DNA of 64,000 nucleotides from an uncultured delta proteobacterium (lineage in GTDB: Bacteria; Desulfobacterota; Binatia; UBA9968), in the NCBI GenBank assembly GCA_963771465.1, contig CAVYTU010000017.1, positions 448,001-512,000 of the forward strand. The letters run 5' to 3'. The notes beneath the pieces were generated by a model that saw only the letters and a list, made by a program, of their open reading frames with translations, did not search any database and was not told where the DNA came from. Both the position numbers and the translations under genes were made by a program. Shown in pieces: positions 50,981 to 61,726 of this stretch (the first letter of the stretch is position 1; every line of letters starts with the position of its first letter).

Positions 50981-52095
50981 GTGCGGATAACCTCGTCCAC
51001 CGGCGTCCAGGGGAGATTGAATGCTGCGGCGACCCCTTCGTAGGTGACTTTGCCGTCGAAAGTGTTGAGCCCTTTAGCCAGCGCCTTGTTTCTGGCGAGC
51101 GCTTGGGGAAAGCCGCGGTTCGCTAACTCTAAGCCGTAAGTCAGTGTGGAATTCGTCAGCGCGTAGGTCGACGTGTGCGGCACGATGGCCGGCATATTCG
51201 TGACGCAGTAGTGGACCAATTCTTCTTCGACGTAAATCGGCGCGAGGTGTGTCGTCGGACGGGAAGTCTCGGCGCTGCCGCCTTGATCAATGGCGATATC
51301 GATGAACGCCGCGCCGGGCTTCATTCTTTTCGCGAGTGTGCGCGGAATGAGTTTGGGCGCCTGGGCGCCGGGGATCAAGACCGAGCCAATGACCAAATCG
51401 GCGTCGAGCACCGCTTCTTCGACATTAGCGCGGTTCGACATCAGCGTCGTCACATGACCGCCGAGGATGTCGTGCACGTAGCGCAGCTTGGTCGGATTGA
51501 TATCGAGAATGCTAACGTAAGCGCCCATGCCGGCGGCGACCTGGCACGCCGCGGTGCCGGACATGCCGGCGCCGATAATGACGACATTGGCGGGACGAAC
51601 GCCTGAGGCGCCGCCCAATAAAATTCCTCTCCCGCCGTTTTCTGCCTGCAAACACCACGCGCCGACTTGAATCGACAGCCGTCCGGCGATCTCGCTCATC
51701 GGCGCGAGCAAAGGCAACGAACCGTCGTCGAGCTGTATGGTTTCGTAAGCGATCGCCGTGACTTTACGTTCGAGCAACGCGCGGGTGACCGACTCGCTAG
51801 CGGCGAGGTGAAGATAAGTAAAAAGGATCACGCCGCTGCGCATGAGCGGAAACTCGGACTGCTGCGGCTCCTTGACCTTCATGATCATGTCCGCTCGATC
51901 CCAAACTTCTTTAGCGGACTCAACGATCGTCGCACCGGCGGCTCGATAAGCGCCGTCGGTCAATCCGCTACCGCTGCCGGCGTTTTCCTGAATCAGCACC
52001 TGATGCTTGCGCGCGACGAAACCAGCGACTCCGGTAGGCGTGACCGCAACGCGATTCTCTTCGGTTTTGATTTCCTTTGGAACGCCGATGATCAT
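50977..52095 (-). CDS. ald: Alanine dehydrogenase
   Basis: IGVPKEIK.ENRV, KVKEP, FTYLHLA, PMSEIAGR, DIAIDQGG, YCVTNMP. Confidence 0.93.
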   Translation of the reverse strand: MIIGVPKEIKTEENRVAVTPTGVAGFVARKHQVLIQENAGSGSGLTDGAYRAAGATIVESAKEVWDRADMIMKVKEPQQSEFPLMRSGVILFTYLHLAASESVTRALLERKVTAIAYETIQLDDGSLPLLAPMSEIAGRLSIQVGAWCLQAENGGRGILLGGASGVRPANVVIIGAGMSGTAACQVAAGMGAYVSILDINPTKLRYVHDILGGHVTTLMSNRANVEEAVLDADLVIGSVLIPGAQAPKLIPRTLAKRMKPGAAFIDIAIDQGGSAETSRPTTHLAPIYVEEELVHYCVTNMPAIVPHTSTYALTNSTLTYGLELANRGFPQALARNKALAKGLNTFDGKVTYEGVAAAFNLPWTPVDEVIRT

Positions 52096-52115
52096 TGATC
52101 AAAGGCTACGTGAAG

Positions 52116-52160
52116 GAATGGAAAAATGCAAAATGCAAAATGGAGAATGGAGAACGAGAA
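52116..52160. repeat. 7-nt-period tandem repeat
   Basis: GAATGGA AAAATGC AAAATGC AAAATGG AGAATGG AGAACGA. Confidence 0.7.
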
Positions 52161-52166
52161 GAGGTA

Positions 52167-52532
52167 CTACCGGTTGAGCGACCAGATGAGAATGGCCCAC
52201 CCGGCGAGGAACGCTAGTCCGCCGATCGGTGTGATGGCGCCGAGCCAGCGCATGCCGGTGGCGCTGAGTAGATACAAGCTGCCGGAGAAGATGATGATGC
52301 CGATGATGAAGCACCAGCCGACGGCATTCAAATTTGCTTCCGGCCACTTGGATGTCGCCCACGCAACGGCGATCAGGCCGAGTGCGTGGTACATCTGGTA
52401 GCGCACGCCGACTTCAAAAATATCAAGCATGTCGGGCGTCAGCTTGGTGCGTAGCGAATGAGCGCCGAAGGCGCCGAGAGCTACGCCAATGAATGCGGCG
52501 ATGGCGCCGGCGGTGAAAAAGAAGCGGTCCAT
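52167..52532 (-). CDS. DUF423 (YgdD/TMEM256) membrane protein
   Basis: GAFGAH, YQMYHALGL, FSGSLY, GAITPIGG. Confidence 0.92.
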   Translation of the reverse strand: MDRFFFTAGAIAAFIGVALGAFGAHSLRTKLTPDMLDIFEVGVRYQMYHALGLIAVAWATSKWPEANLNAVGWCFIIGIIIFSGSLYLLSATGMRWLGAITPIGGLAFLAGWAILIWSLNR

Positions 52533-52591
52533 GGGATAATCGTACTCGTGGCTCGTTTTCGCGATCGTTTTGGGAATGGGCAGATATTCGC

Positions 52592-54064
52592 CTATGGTGG
52601 CGAAGCGCCGCGATTCAGCGATACTACCATGTCACCTTTTTGGATGACGATCTGGCGGTAGTCTTTACGTTGGCTGAGAGCATCTATCAATTTGACCAGA
52701 GGTTGGCTGGCGGTCAAGTATTCTCTCGGTGCGCCGGCGGCTTTCATCACTTCGATTTCTTTCACGTCAAGATTCCAGCGCAGCAAGAACTCTTCATCGG
52801 AAATATTGCCCGCGTTCATTTTCTTGCGCAGCTCAACCGCTGATGGTTCGGGCGGCGGCCGCTCGGCCCATTCCTTGGCACGCGGCCGGTCGAGAATCTT
52901 CGCTTTGACTTCGGGAGCCATCAACTCGGCGCCTTCCTTGCCCCAATAGCCGAGCGCGTATTGGATGATCTGATCGGTGACTTCCTTGTAGCGCTCGCCG
53001 ACGATGACGTTGATCGCGGCCTGACTGCCGACGAACTGCGACAACGGCGTGACCATGATCGGGTAGCCGAGCTCTGCGCGCACTTGCATGGTTTCTGCCA
53101 AGGCTTGATCGATTTTGTTTTCCAGACCGACTTTGCGCAGTTGATGGCGCAGGTTGGAAATCATACCACCGGGCACTTGGTGCTGATACTGAGAGTAGTC
53201 ATATTCGACCGGCGCGCCGATGGGAAAACCCTCGCGCTTGGCGATGTAGGTAAAATGCTCGGACACGGGTTTCAATAAATCTTCGTCGATGAGCGTCTTG
53301 TAGCCCAAGGCGCGCAGATTCTTGGCGACATTGAACAGCGACGGATTCGACGACCCGTCGGCCAGCGGAGGCAACGCGGTGTTGACGATCTTGATGCCGA
53401 GCTTGACCGCTTCAAGACAACAGAGCGGGCCGAGTCCCGTCGTGCAATGCGTGTGCAGCTCGATCGGAATGCCGTTGGCATTGGCAAACATGATCGGCAC
53501 CAGCGTCTGCACACGCTCCGGAGTGAGCAGGCCGCCGGGATCTTTCAAACAGAGGCGATTGACCTTGAGCGAAGCCGCCTGACGGGTGCGCTCGGCGAAA
53601 TATTCATCGCTGTGTTTGGGCGAAACCGAGTAGATGATATTGAGCACCGGATTGATGCCGACATCGCGGGAGACTTTGGATTTCCACTCCCAGCCTTCCA
53701 GCTCGTTCCATTCCTCCGAGATGCGCGCTTCGCGGATGCCGTTGGCCGCCATCCGTTCCATGAACAGCCGGTAAAGTGAGCGCGGCGTCAGATCGAAGGC
53801 GCTAAAGCGTCCGGCGTTCAAGCGCAGCGGCGTATTCTTGATCCTTTGGCTGACGAGTTTAACCCGCGCCCACGGGTCTTCTTTCAACTCGCGCACGCAT
53901 TTCTTCAAATGCGAGCTGGAGATTAGCTCGATGGCGTCGAAACCGGCGCGGTCCATGGCATCGGCGACCGGCAGCATCATGCCCGTGGTCATGTTCTCGG
54001 CCCACAGGCTCTGATGGCCGTCGCGGATCGTGGTATCGACGAAGCGAATTCCGTCAGTGGTCAT
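52592..54064 (-). CDS. Pyruvate carboxylase B / oxaloacetate decarboxylase alpha-like carboxyltransferase, no biotinyl domain
   Basis: DTTIRDGHQSL, LKDPGGL, HTHCTTG, HQVPGGM, VTPLSQ. Confidence 0.85.
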   Translation of the reverse strand: MTTDGIRFVDTTIRDGHQSLWAENMTTGMMLPVADAMDRAGFDAIELISSSHLKKCVRELKEDPWARVKLVSQRIKNTPLRLNAGRFSAFDLTPRSLYRLFMERMAANGIREARISEEWNELEGWEWKSKVSRDVGINPVLNIIYSVSPKHSDEYFAERTRQAASLKVNRLCLKDPGGLLTPERVQTLVPIMFANANGIPIELHTHCTTGLGPLCCLEAVKLGIKIVNTALPPLADGSSNPSLFNVAKNLRALGYKTLIDEDLLKPVSEHFTYIAKREGFPIGAPVEYDYSQYQHQVPGGMISNLRHQLRKVGLENKIDQALAETMQVRAELGYPIMVTPLSQFVGSQAAINVIVGERYKEVTDQIIQYALGYWGKEGAELMAPEVKAKILDRPRAKEWAERPPPEPSAVELRKKMNAGNISDEEFLLRWNLDVKEIEVMKAAGAPREYLTASQPLVKLIDALSQRKDYRQIVIQKGDMVVSLNRGASPP

Positions 54065-54121
54065 GATCACGGTCGGAGTGATGGTTTTACGGATTTTCTC
54101 AATCCATCACTCCAATTTCTC

Positions 54122-54979
54122 CTACAGCGTCAACCCGAAGAACTTCACCGCATTGTCCAACATGATCTTCTTGCGGATTTCCGGTTTCATGTTGACCTGT
54201 TGGAACTCTTCGAGCCAGCGCTCGACGCCGATGGCCGGCCAGTCGGAACCGAACATCGCTTTGTCTTGCAGCAGGGTATTGATGTTGTGCAAAAGCTCCG
54301 CCGGGAAATACTTGGGCGCCCAGCCGGAGAGGTCGATGAAGTAATTCGCCTTGTGCCGGGCGATGGCCAAGCTTTCCGCCGTCCATGGCCAGGTTGGATG
54401 AGCGCTGATGATTTTCAACTCGGGAAAGTCCGCCGCCACCTCGTCGATATGGATCGGCTGGCTATATTTGAGTTTGATGCCCATGCCGCCGGGAGTTCCC
54501 GCGCCGGCCGCGGCCATGCCGCCATGAAACAAGATCGGCATGTTCAATTTGGCGCATTGTTCCCACAACGGATAGAAGCGCGGGTCATTGGCATAAAAAT
54601 GTTGGCGCGCCGGATTGAGTTCGCCCATCCCCGTCAGTCCCAAGTCTTTGCAACGCTTGATTTCGTCGAGTGCAAGTTTGCCGGTCCACGGATCGATGGC
54701 GCCGAAGGCGATAAAAACATCCGGATGCTTTTTTACCGCGGAGGCGACGTGATCGTTGGGAACCGGGGTTAAGCCGGTGATGGTTTCGTCGCGGGTGTTC
54801 ATGATCACCGCCATCATCTTACGCGCGCGGTACTGGTCAGCCATCTCGTCGATGGAAACCGGCGGCCGTTCGCGGCCGAAATATTTCGCCATCTGCGCCG
54901 TGCGGTCGCCTTTGGCCTTTTGCGTGGTTTCGTCGGATAGGTGAACGTGAACGTCAATCGCTACGATATCTGTTGCCAT
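54122..54979 (-). CDS. Amidohydrolase_2, CouO-like (beta-ketoacyl-CoA hydrolase-like)
   Basis: IDVHVH, GAGTPGGMGIKLKYS, AHPTWPW, IDLSGWAPKYFP, FGSDWP. Confidence 0.8.
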   Translation of the reverse strand: MATDIVAIDVHVHLSDETTQKAKGDRTAQMAKYFGRERPPVSIDEMADQYRARKMMAVIMNTRDETITGLTPVPNDHVASAVKKHPDVFIAFGAIDPWTGKLALDEIKRCKDLGLTGMGELNPARQHFYANDPRFYPLWEQCAKLNMPILFHGGMAAAGAGTPGGMGIKLKYSQPIHIDEVAADFPELKIISAHPTWPWTAESLAIARHKANYFIDLSGWAPKYFPAELLHNINTLLQDKAMFGSDWPAIGVERWLEEFQQVNMKPEIRKKIMLDNAVKFFGLTL

Positions 54980-55097
54980 GGTTCGCTGCCTCCTGATTAA
55001 GTTTCCTTTCTTATTGCACTGGCACCGCTGAGTTTCAACTGTCTGTAGCGTTTGACGTCCAGCGTTCAGAGTCTAGGGTGTGAGGCTGGCGTTAACA

Positions 55098-56576
55098 CTA
55101 GTTGCCGGACGCCAGACTCGAAGCTCGCTTCTCTAAGGTCACGGAAAAATTCGCCGTCTGCACGTGGATTTGCCGATTCTTCGTGCGCTTGGATAATTGT
55201 TGCAGCAAGTTCACTAGCGGCTGTTCGGAATTCAAATACTCCAGCGGGCGCTTGTTGGCGCGCATAAAATCAATGTCTTCTTTGCCGATGATCCAGCGCA
55301 GCAACAGCTCTTCGTCGGAAGTTCCCTCGGCGCCCAAGCGGCGGCGCAGCTCATCGGGCGAGGGCTCGTCAGGGGTCCACTTGGCCCACTCTTTGGCGCG
55401 CGGCCGATTGAGAATCTTGTCCTTCACGTTGGCCGCCATATCGCGCGCGCCTTCCGCGCCGGCGTGGCCGAGGGCGAATTTGATCACCTGATCGGTGACT
55501 TCTTTGTAACGCTCGCCGACGATGACGTTGATGGCCGCCTGGCTGCCGACGAACTGCGACAACGGCGTGACCATGATCGGGTAGCCGAACTCCTCGCGGA
55601 CTTTAATGGTTTCTTCCAGTGCCTCGGGAAACTTGTGCTCCAAGCCGACCTTGCGCAGTTGAAAGCGTAGATTGGACAGCATGCCTCCAGGCACTTGATG
55701 TTGATATTGGGCGTAGTCGTATTCCACCGGCGCGCCGATGGTGAAACCCTCGCGCTTGGCGATGGCGGTGAAGTGGCGCGACACCGGCTGCAAAACTGCT
55801 TCGTCGATATCGGTGGCATAGCCGAGAGCGCGAGCGTTTCTCGCCACGTTGAATAGCGAGGGATTCGACGTATCATCGGCCAGCGGCGGTAAGGCGGTGT
55901 TGATGTTACGCATGCCGAGCTCCATGCCTTTGATGCAACAGAGCGGACCGAGACCGGTGGTACAGTGGGTGTGCAGTTCGACGGGAATGCCATTGGCATT
56001 CTTGAAAATAACCGGCACCAGCGTCTCCATCCGCTCCGGTGTGAGGAGACCGCCCGGATCTTTCAGACAAAGGCGATAAGGATTGAGCGACGCCGCTTGG
56101 CGGGTGCGCTCGGCGAAATATTCATCACTGTGTTTGGGTGAAACCGAGTAGATCAAATTGAGAATCGACTTCATGCCCGCCCGATGACACTCGCCGACGC
56201 GAAAGCGCCAGCCTTCATAATCGTTCCACTCGTCCGAGATGCGCGCTTCCTTGATGCCGTTGGCGAACATGCGCTCGACGAAAAGGCGGTACATGGACGG
56301 CGGATTGTATTCGAACGTGTTGACCCGTCCGGCGATGAGCCGGAGCGGCGTCTTGGTAATCAATTTCGCCATCAAGCGTACGCGCTCCCACGGGTCCTCC
56401 TTCAAGTCGCGCACGGTTTTCTTTAAGTGGGAGCCGGAAATCAATTCGATGCCTTCAAACCCGGCATCGTCCAAGTTTTTCGCGATCGGCAACATCATGC
56501 CGGTGGTCATATTTTCCGCCCACAAACTCTGGTGGCCGTCGCGAATCGTCGTGTCGACAAACTTGATAGTGTCCAT
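55098..56576 (-). CDS. Second carboxyltransferase paralogue, no biotinyl domain
   Basis: Same motifs as 52592-54064; RBS GGAGG before ATG 56576. Confidence 0.85.
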   Translation of the reverse strand: MDTIKFVDTTIRDGHQSLWAENMTTGMMLPIAKNLDDAGFEGIELISGSHLKKTVRDLKEDPWERVRLMAKLITKTPLRLIAGRVNTFEYNPPSMYRLFVERMFANGIKEARISDEWNDYEGWRFRVGECHRAGMKSILNLIYSVSPKHSDEYFAERTRQAASLNPYRLCLKDPGGLLTPERMETLVPVIFKNANGIPVELHTHCTTGLGPLCCIKGMELGMRNINTALPPLADDTSNPSLFNVARNARALGYATDIDEAVLQPVSRHFTAIAKREGFTIGAPVEYDYAQYQHQVPGGMLSNLRFQLRKVGLEHKFPEALEETIKVREEFGYPIMVTPLSQFVGSQAAINVIVGERYKEVTDQVIKFALGHAGAEGARDMAANVKDKILNRPRAKEWAKWTPDEPSPDELRRRLGAEGTSDEELLLRWIIGKEDIDFMRANKRPLEYLNSEQPLVNLLQQLSKRTKNRQIHVQTANFSVTLEKRASSLASGN

Positions 56577-56819
56577 GGTGCCTCCGGCGAATCTCAGATT
56601 CAAAGTCTCATGTTGCCAATAGCGCGAAGATAAATCAAATTCATAAACGCTTGCTAAATCGGTTTGAACGCTCGAGCGCGCCGTGTTAAATCGATGGCGG
56701 GTTGCGCGCAGATGTTGCAGACTGAATTTGCTTGCCGCTCAATCGGCGCGCTGCCGGGGAGAATAAACCTTTACAACGGATCATTATGGCCGGTTATCAG
56801 CCGAAAAACGAGGCACGCG

Positions 56820-57900
56820 ATGAAACAGAATAGAGCACCCTGGTGGTTGCTTTTGGTTATCGTTGTTAGCGCGCTGTGCGCGGCTTCTTCGTTTGCAGCT
56901 GACACGCCTTTCTATCGGGGTAAAACATTAACCGTATTGATCAACTTCGCCGCCGGCGGTCCGACGGATATCGAGGGCAGGCTAGTGGCCCGTTACCTGG
57001 GAAGACACCTCCCCGGGCAGCCGGCGATCGTGGTGCAGAACATGGCCGGCGCGGGCGGCGTAACCGGCACTAATTACCTCGGCGAGGTTGCCAAACCTGA
57101 CGGACTCACTCTGGGGTATTTCACTGGGCAGTTTTTTAATTTGCTGACCGCCGATCCAACGCTTAGAGTCGATCTCGCGAAATTCGCCTATATATGCAAG
57201 TATTGAAGGAGTCGCCGTAGCCTATATACGCAGGGACGTCGCGCCGGGCATCCAGGAACCGAAAGACCTCATCAAAGCGAAGGGTTTCAAGGTGGGCGGC
57301 TTGAGCCTCAACAGCGCCAAGGATGTTCGATTCCGACTCCAACTAGATATCTTAGGCATTCCCCATCAATACGTGACCGGGTACAACTCCAACTCGGATG
57401 CACGCTTGGCCGTCGAACGAAATGAAATCCAGTTTTTTACCGAAGGAACGCCTGGCTATCGTGCTCAGGTGCAACCGCGCATGGTGAAAGACGGGCTGGT
57501 TGTCCCCGTCTATGCGGACGAGCTTGTGACCGCCGATGGAGAGTTTCGTCCGAGCGCCGAGGCGCCTGATATACCTTCTTTCTCACAGCTTCATCAGCAG
57601 ATTTTCGGTAAGTTGGGTTCGGGAGTGCTGTGGGAGGCGCTGAAAACCATCAACCTGACGCACGCGATGCAGCGTATCGCCAAAGTTGCTCCAACCACGC
57701 CGCCGGAAGCCGTTACCGCGCTACGGCAGGGATTTTCACAGATGATCAAGGACCCGGAATTCATCCAGGAATTTAAAAAAGTCACGCGCTCCGATCCTAA
57801 TTTTCAAGTCGGCGGCGAGGCGGTCAAACTTATAGGAAAGCTGAGTCAAGCATCGCCCGAGGTGAGAACTACGATTCGGAAATACACCGAGTCCAAGTGA
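56820..57900 (+). CDS. Tripartite tricarboxylate transporter substrate-binding protein (TctC/Bug), frameshift near 57195
   Basis: FYRGKT, FAAGGPTD, QNMAGAGG, KPDGLT; continues SIEGVAVAYIRRD in the next frame. Confidence 0.8.
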
Positions 57901-57927
57901 ATCCGTGGGCAAGTGTAAAGGAAACTC

Positions 57928-58566
57928 ATGGCCGTCTTGAAGAGTGAAATCGTGCCGAAAAATTCCGGCGCGGCGTTTGAAGTGAAGCAGGGGCAGCGGC
58001 TTAGGATCGCGGGCAGAAGTATCGTCGACTTCGTCGCGTTTAATTTGCATGATTTAATGGAGCGCTTCGATCAGGCGCGGACCAAGACCAATCAGGTAAA
58101 AATTTTTATCAGCAAGGGCGACGTTCTCTATTCGAAGCGCAATAATCCGATGCTGACCATCGTCGAGGACACGTTCACAGAAGGACGGCATGATTTGCAG
58201 AAGGGCATGTGCAGCCGCAAGCGTTTTGAAATGGTTGCCGAGGGGCAGTCGAAACGAGTGTTCGCCGAGGGAGTGGACATCAATCCTAAGATGGCCGAAG
58301 AACTTCCCGACCACGGCTGCTGGGAGAATTTGAGCGGCGCGCTGGCGCCGTGGAAGATCGCGCCCGATGACGTGCCGAGTCCTTTCAATATATTTCAGTG
58401 CATGCGCATCGACCCCGAGACGGGCATCATGTATGACACCCTGACCCGGCCAAAGGACGAAGCTCACGTGGACTTCCGCGCCGAGATGGATTTACTCGTC
58501 GCCGCGAGCGCTTGTCCGGAGTCGGGGCGAGGACAGGCGATTCGCGTTGAGATTTACGATAAGTGA
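57928..58566 (+). CDS. DUF1989 / urea-carboxylase-associated family protein
   Basis: AFEVKQGQRLRI, VDFVAFN, HD...C, HGCWENL, PFNIF, RAEMDLLVAASACP. Confidence 0.85.
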   Translation: MAVLKSEIVPKNSGAAFEVKQGQRLRIAGRSIVDFVAFNLHDLMERFDQARTKTNQVKIFISKGDVLYSKRNNPMLTIVEDTFTEGRHDLQKGMCSRKRFEMVAEGQSKRVFAEGVDINPKMAEELPDHGCWENLSGALAPWKIAPDDVPSPFNIFQCMRIDPETGIMYDTLTRPKDEAHVDFRAEMDLLVAASACPESGRGQAIRVEIYDK

Positions 58567-58719
58567 TTCGTTGTTTCTTGCCGAAATGGCTTGATCAAAT
58601 TGCGTCAGCGCGTGAAGCGCACTAATTCCGTAATGAAGACGATGGGGCTTTACCTTGAGCACTGGCATCGTTTTCCAGCGAGCAATCCCCGCTAGGATTT
58701 AGCACGGTCTGCCAATCGA

Positions 58720-59541
58720 CTACGCCGACAGTTGAAAATTCAGCAGTTCGCGCGGCGCTTTGTGGTAGGCGTCGACGCAGGCGGATTCGGATTTTTCACT
58801 GGGCGGCGCGACGATACGGGCGCGCGCCGAGACCGTCAACGGACTCAGGTCGAAGGGGTAGGGATCGAAGATCACTGCACCGGCTCCGTTGGGTTTGACC
58901 GTTAACTTTACCGATTCGCCTTTGTCGTAAGCAATTCGCACCGGCGCGATCGTATATTCCTTGAAATCCTTCTCGTTGGCGTAGCCGTCGCAGCAGAAAT
59001 AGAGCGACAGCAAATCGAAGACTTGCAGCGCCATGTAGTTGTACGAAAGCTCGTTTTCGAAACCGCTGCGATGAATGCCAATCTGTTTTTTGATTTCCGC
59101 CTGTTTCGCTTCCATCGCTTTTTTCGCGTCCTGCACGGCTTGGCTCCGTTCCCGCAGCCGGCCGGCGGGCTCGGTGAAAATATTGTAGCGATTGTGCCAC
59201 AGGCCGGTGCGGTGCATGGAGACGATGAGTCCTGCATAAAGATCCTGCGCCATCAACCAGTCGGCGTTTTTCGCGTAGGCTTTAAGCTCCACCTCTTCGA
59301 AATTCGGCACCTCTTCGCGGTGCGCGTAGGGCCGGCCTTTTTCAACGTTCATCGGCGGGTTGCCTTCGAATTCGCGATAGCCGCTGTCGTGATAGGTCGT
59401 GGCAAACACCATGGTTTGATAAGGGCGAAGTTTGGAGAATCGCTGGTTACCCCAGTGCGCGGCGAACTGAGCCGCGAGTTCGGCATGATCCTCTTGCAGG
59501 CTCACGTATGAGCGTCCGTCTTTCAATTCTCGGATAACCAT
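58720..59541 (-). CDS. DUF3891 family protein
   Basis: QEDHAELAAQFAAHWGN, HDSG, SMH, DLLSLYFC. Confidence 0.8.
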   Translation of the reverse strand: MVIRELKDGRSYVSLQEDHAELAAQFAAHWGNQRFSKLRPYQTMVFATTYHDSGYREFEGNPPMNVEKGRPYAHREEVPNFEEVELKAYAKNADWLMAQDLYAGLIVSMHRTGLWHNRYNIFTEPAGRLRERSQAVQDAKKAMEAKQAEIKKQIGIHRSGFENELSYNYMALQVFDLLSLYFCCDGYANEKDFKEYTIAPVRIAYDKGESVKLTVKPNGAGAVIFDPYPFDLSPLTVSARARIVAPPSEKSESACVDAYHKAPRELLNFQLSA

Positions 59542-59644
59542 GACAGTTCCTCCTTTGTTCGGCCGCTTCCAATGAGTGCGACGATCGGATTGCCAGGATG
59601 GCTAATAATTAGTTCTCTTCGCGGGCAAAAGTAAAGTGCTTTTT

Positions 59645-60697
59645 CTACAGCGGTGCGGGGACATTTTTCACTTTCAATTCGGCGGCGAGGTCAGCTAAGC
59701 CTGTCCAAGTCGCGTCGTCGATTTCAACGCCGACTCTTCGGTTTGTCGCTTCTCGGCGCCGTCCCGATTCGCCAGGCAAGAGAATCTCGCTAAAGCCCGG
59801 CGCGCAGGGCGTCGACTTTATCAAAGCAATCAGCTCGTCGACTTGGTCGTAGAAGGTTTCCAAAGGCTGAAACTCCTCGACGGCGAAGGTTTGCAAAAAT
59901 AAGCCGTTGACGCCGTGGCCGCCCTTGTTCCACCAGGTTTGGCCCATGCCATTGCCTGAGAGAATGCCGGCGAGAATTTCGGTGATTAACGCGATGCCGG
60001 AACCTTTGTGGTCGCCGAAAGGCAAAAATACGCCGCGCGGCGGGCCACGAAAAGATTTGAAATCGCTCGTCGGGTTGCCCTGGCCATCGAGCATCACGCC
60101 TGGGGGGATGGTTTGTTTGCGGCGAACTCGATTTTGAATTTCGCCCATGCTCATCGACGCGGTGGCGAAGTCGAGAATGATATAGCGGCCGCGGCGGGCC
60201 GGGATGCCGAAGGCCATCGGGTTGGTGCCGATGATCGGTTTCATGCCGCCGTAGAGAGTTGTCACCGGCGAGCCGACGCAGGCCGCGCCGAAGCCTATCA
60301 TGCCGTGATCGGTGGCCATCTCCATATAGTCGGCGAGGCGGCCGGTATGGCCGGCGCGGCGCAAACAGACGATGCCGGCGCCATGTTCTTGAGCTTTTTT
60401 GATTGCCAATCCCATGGCAAAACGCGCCGCGACTTGGCCGATGTAATGTTTGCCGTCGACCACGGCGGTGATTTTGCCTTCGCGCTCGACGGCTGGTTTT
60501 TCGTTCAGTTTGTAAATGCCGTTTTTGATGAATTCCAAATACTGGGTTACCCGGATGACGCCATGGCCGGCGTAGCCGCGCAGTTCGCCTTTGACAAGCA
60601 GGTCGCCGACCAGCTCGGCATCGTCTGTCGGCATGCCGCCAGTGGCGAGTAAAGTTTTGCAGAAGCTCAGAAGTTGTTGATGATTGATTTTCGCCAC
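59645..60697 (-). CDS. Ldh_2 (malate/L-lactate dehydrogenase) family oxidoreductase
   Basis: RGYAGHG, HTGRL, GTNPMAF, LDFAT, HKGSG, LLPGE. Confidence 0.9.
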   Translation of the reverse strand: MAKINHQQLLSFCKTLLATGGMPTDDAELVGDLLVKGELRGYAGHGVIRVTQYLEFIKNGIYKLNEKPAVEREGKITAVVDGKHYIGQVAARFAMGLAIKKAQEHGAGIVCLRRAGHTGRLADYMEMATDHGMIGFGAACVGSPVTTLYGGMKPIIGTNPMAFGIPARRGRYIILDFATASMSMGEIQNRVRRKQTIPPGVMLDGQGNPTSDFKSFRGPPRGVFLPFGDHKGSGIALITEILAGILSGNGMGQTWWNKGGHGVNGLFLQTFAVEEFQPLETFYDQVDELIALIKSTPCAPGFSEILLPGESGRRREATNRRVGVEIDDATWTGLADLAAELKVKNVPAPL

Positions 60698-60715
60698 GTC
60701 AAATCCTGTTTTCCG

Positions 60716-61591
60716 CTAGCTCGTTTTCACCGGGAAATAGCGCCCGAGCCATTCGCGCACAATATTGGTCAGGCGCGGGTTCTCTTCGTTGAAGGTAAAG
60801 TGATCGACGTCGGACAGTAGGTGTAGCTCGGCCGGTTGTTTAGCCTTCTTGAACATTTCGATGGACTCATAGGTCGGCGTCACCGAATCGTTGGCGCTAT
60901 GAATGAGCAGCAGCGGCCGCGGTGAAATATTGCCCACTTGATCGTCGGCGCGGAAATCGTTCATGCTCTGGGCCGTTTCGGCGGGGAAATCCATGATCGA
61001 GCCGCTGCTCATGCGGTTACGCAGCTTCTCGGGGATCGGTACGATATCGTAGCGCGGCACCATCAGCGATTTCCCCGTGCGCTCGCGATGGCGTTTGCCT
61101 TCTTCCAACATGGCGGTAAACTTCGCCCACTTTTCAGCCCCCGGATGTTGACCGCGAAACTTGCGCTCGCCGTCGCCCCAGCCGCCGCAGGAGATCACCG
61201 CGGCAACCCGGCTGTCGGCACCGCCAGTGAAGACCGCCACCGCCGCGCCGAAGCTGCTGCCCACCAGCGCGATGCGCGCCGGATCGACTTCCGGCCGCGT
61301 CGCGAGATACGAAAGCGCGTTACGCGTGTCGGCGACTTGATCGAGGCAAATGATTCGCCCGTGCTCGCCTTCACTCTCGCCGCAACCGCGAAAGTCGAGG
61401 CGCAAAGTCACATAGCCCCATTGGCTGATTTGCCTGGCGACAACTTGCTGGCCGTGGCCGTCTTTGTTGCCGCCAAATCCATGCAGCACGATGAATGCCG
61501 GCCGGCGTTCGCCGGCTTTATAGTCGGGCGGCGTGTCGATCAGTCCGGCGAGCTTGAGACCGTCGGACTGGAAAGTAACTTTTTCTTCCAT
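60716..61591 (-). CDS. Alpha/beta hydrolase
   Basis: LHGFGG, DFRGCGESEG, GSSFG, D...H triad. Confidence 0.88.
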   Translation of the reverse strand: MEEKVTFQSDGLKLAGLIDTPPDYKAGERRPAFIVLHGFGGNKDGHGQQVVARQISQWGYVTLRLDFRGCGESEGEHGRIICLDQVADTRNALSYLATRPEVDPARIALVGSSFGAAVAVFTGGADSRVAAVISCGGWGDGERKFRGQHPGAEKWAKFTAMLEEGKRHRERTGKSLMVPRYDIVPIPEKLRNRMSSGSIMDFPAETAQSMNDFRADDQVGNISPRPLLLIHSANDSVTPTYESIEMFKKAKQPAELHLLSDVDHFTFNEENPRLTNIVREWLGRYFPVKTS

Positions 61592-61726
61592 TGGATTAAC
61601 TCCTTTTATCTCGCCATTGCAGGGCGTTGCCCCACAGCTCTTTTAGGAAAACCGCTCTTATCGAGATTGTCGGCAAAGCTGTTGTCGAAATGCTCGTCCC
61701 GCCTGGGAAAAGGATGAACCGCTGAA

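Noticed and set aside
52592-56576. Near-identical DNA stretches (e.g. ~52970-53070 vs ~55490-55590) as a repeat element or DGR template
   Set aside because: They are conserved coding segments of two paralogous carboxyltransferases, and the differences are not adenine-specific.
57204-57206. TGA in the TctC gene (and the TGA near 5548 in the SBP) as recoding sites
   Set aside because: Both arise from an upstream indel; homology continues in another frame.
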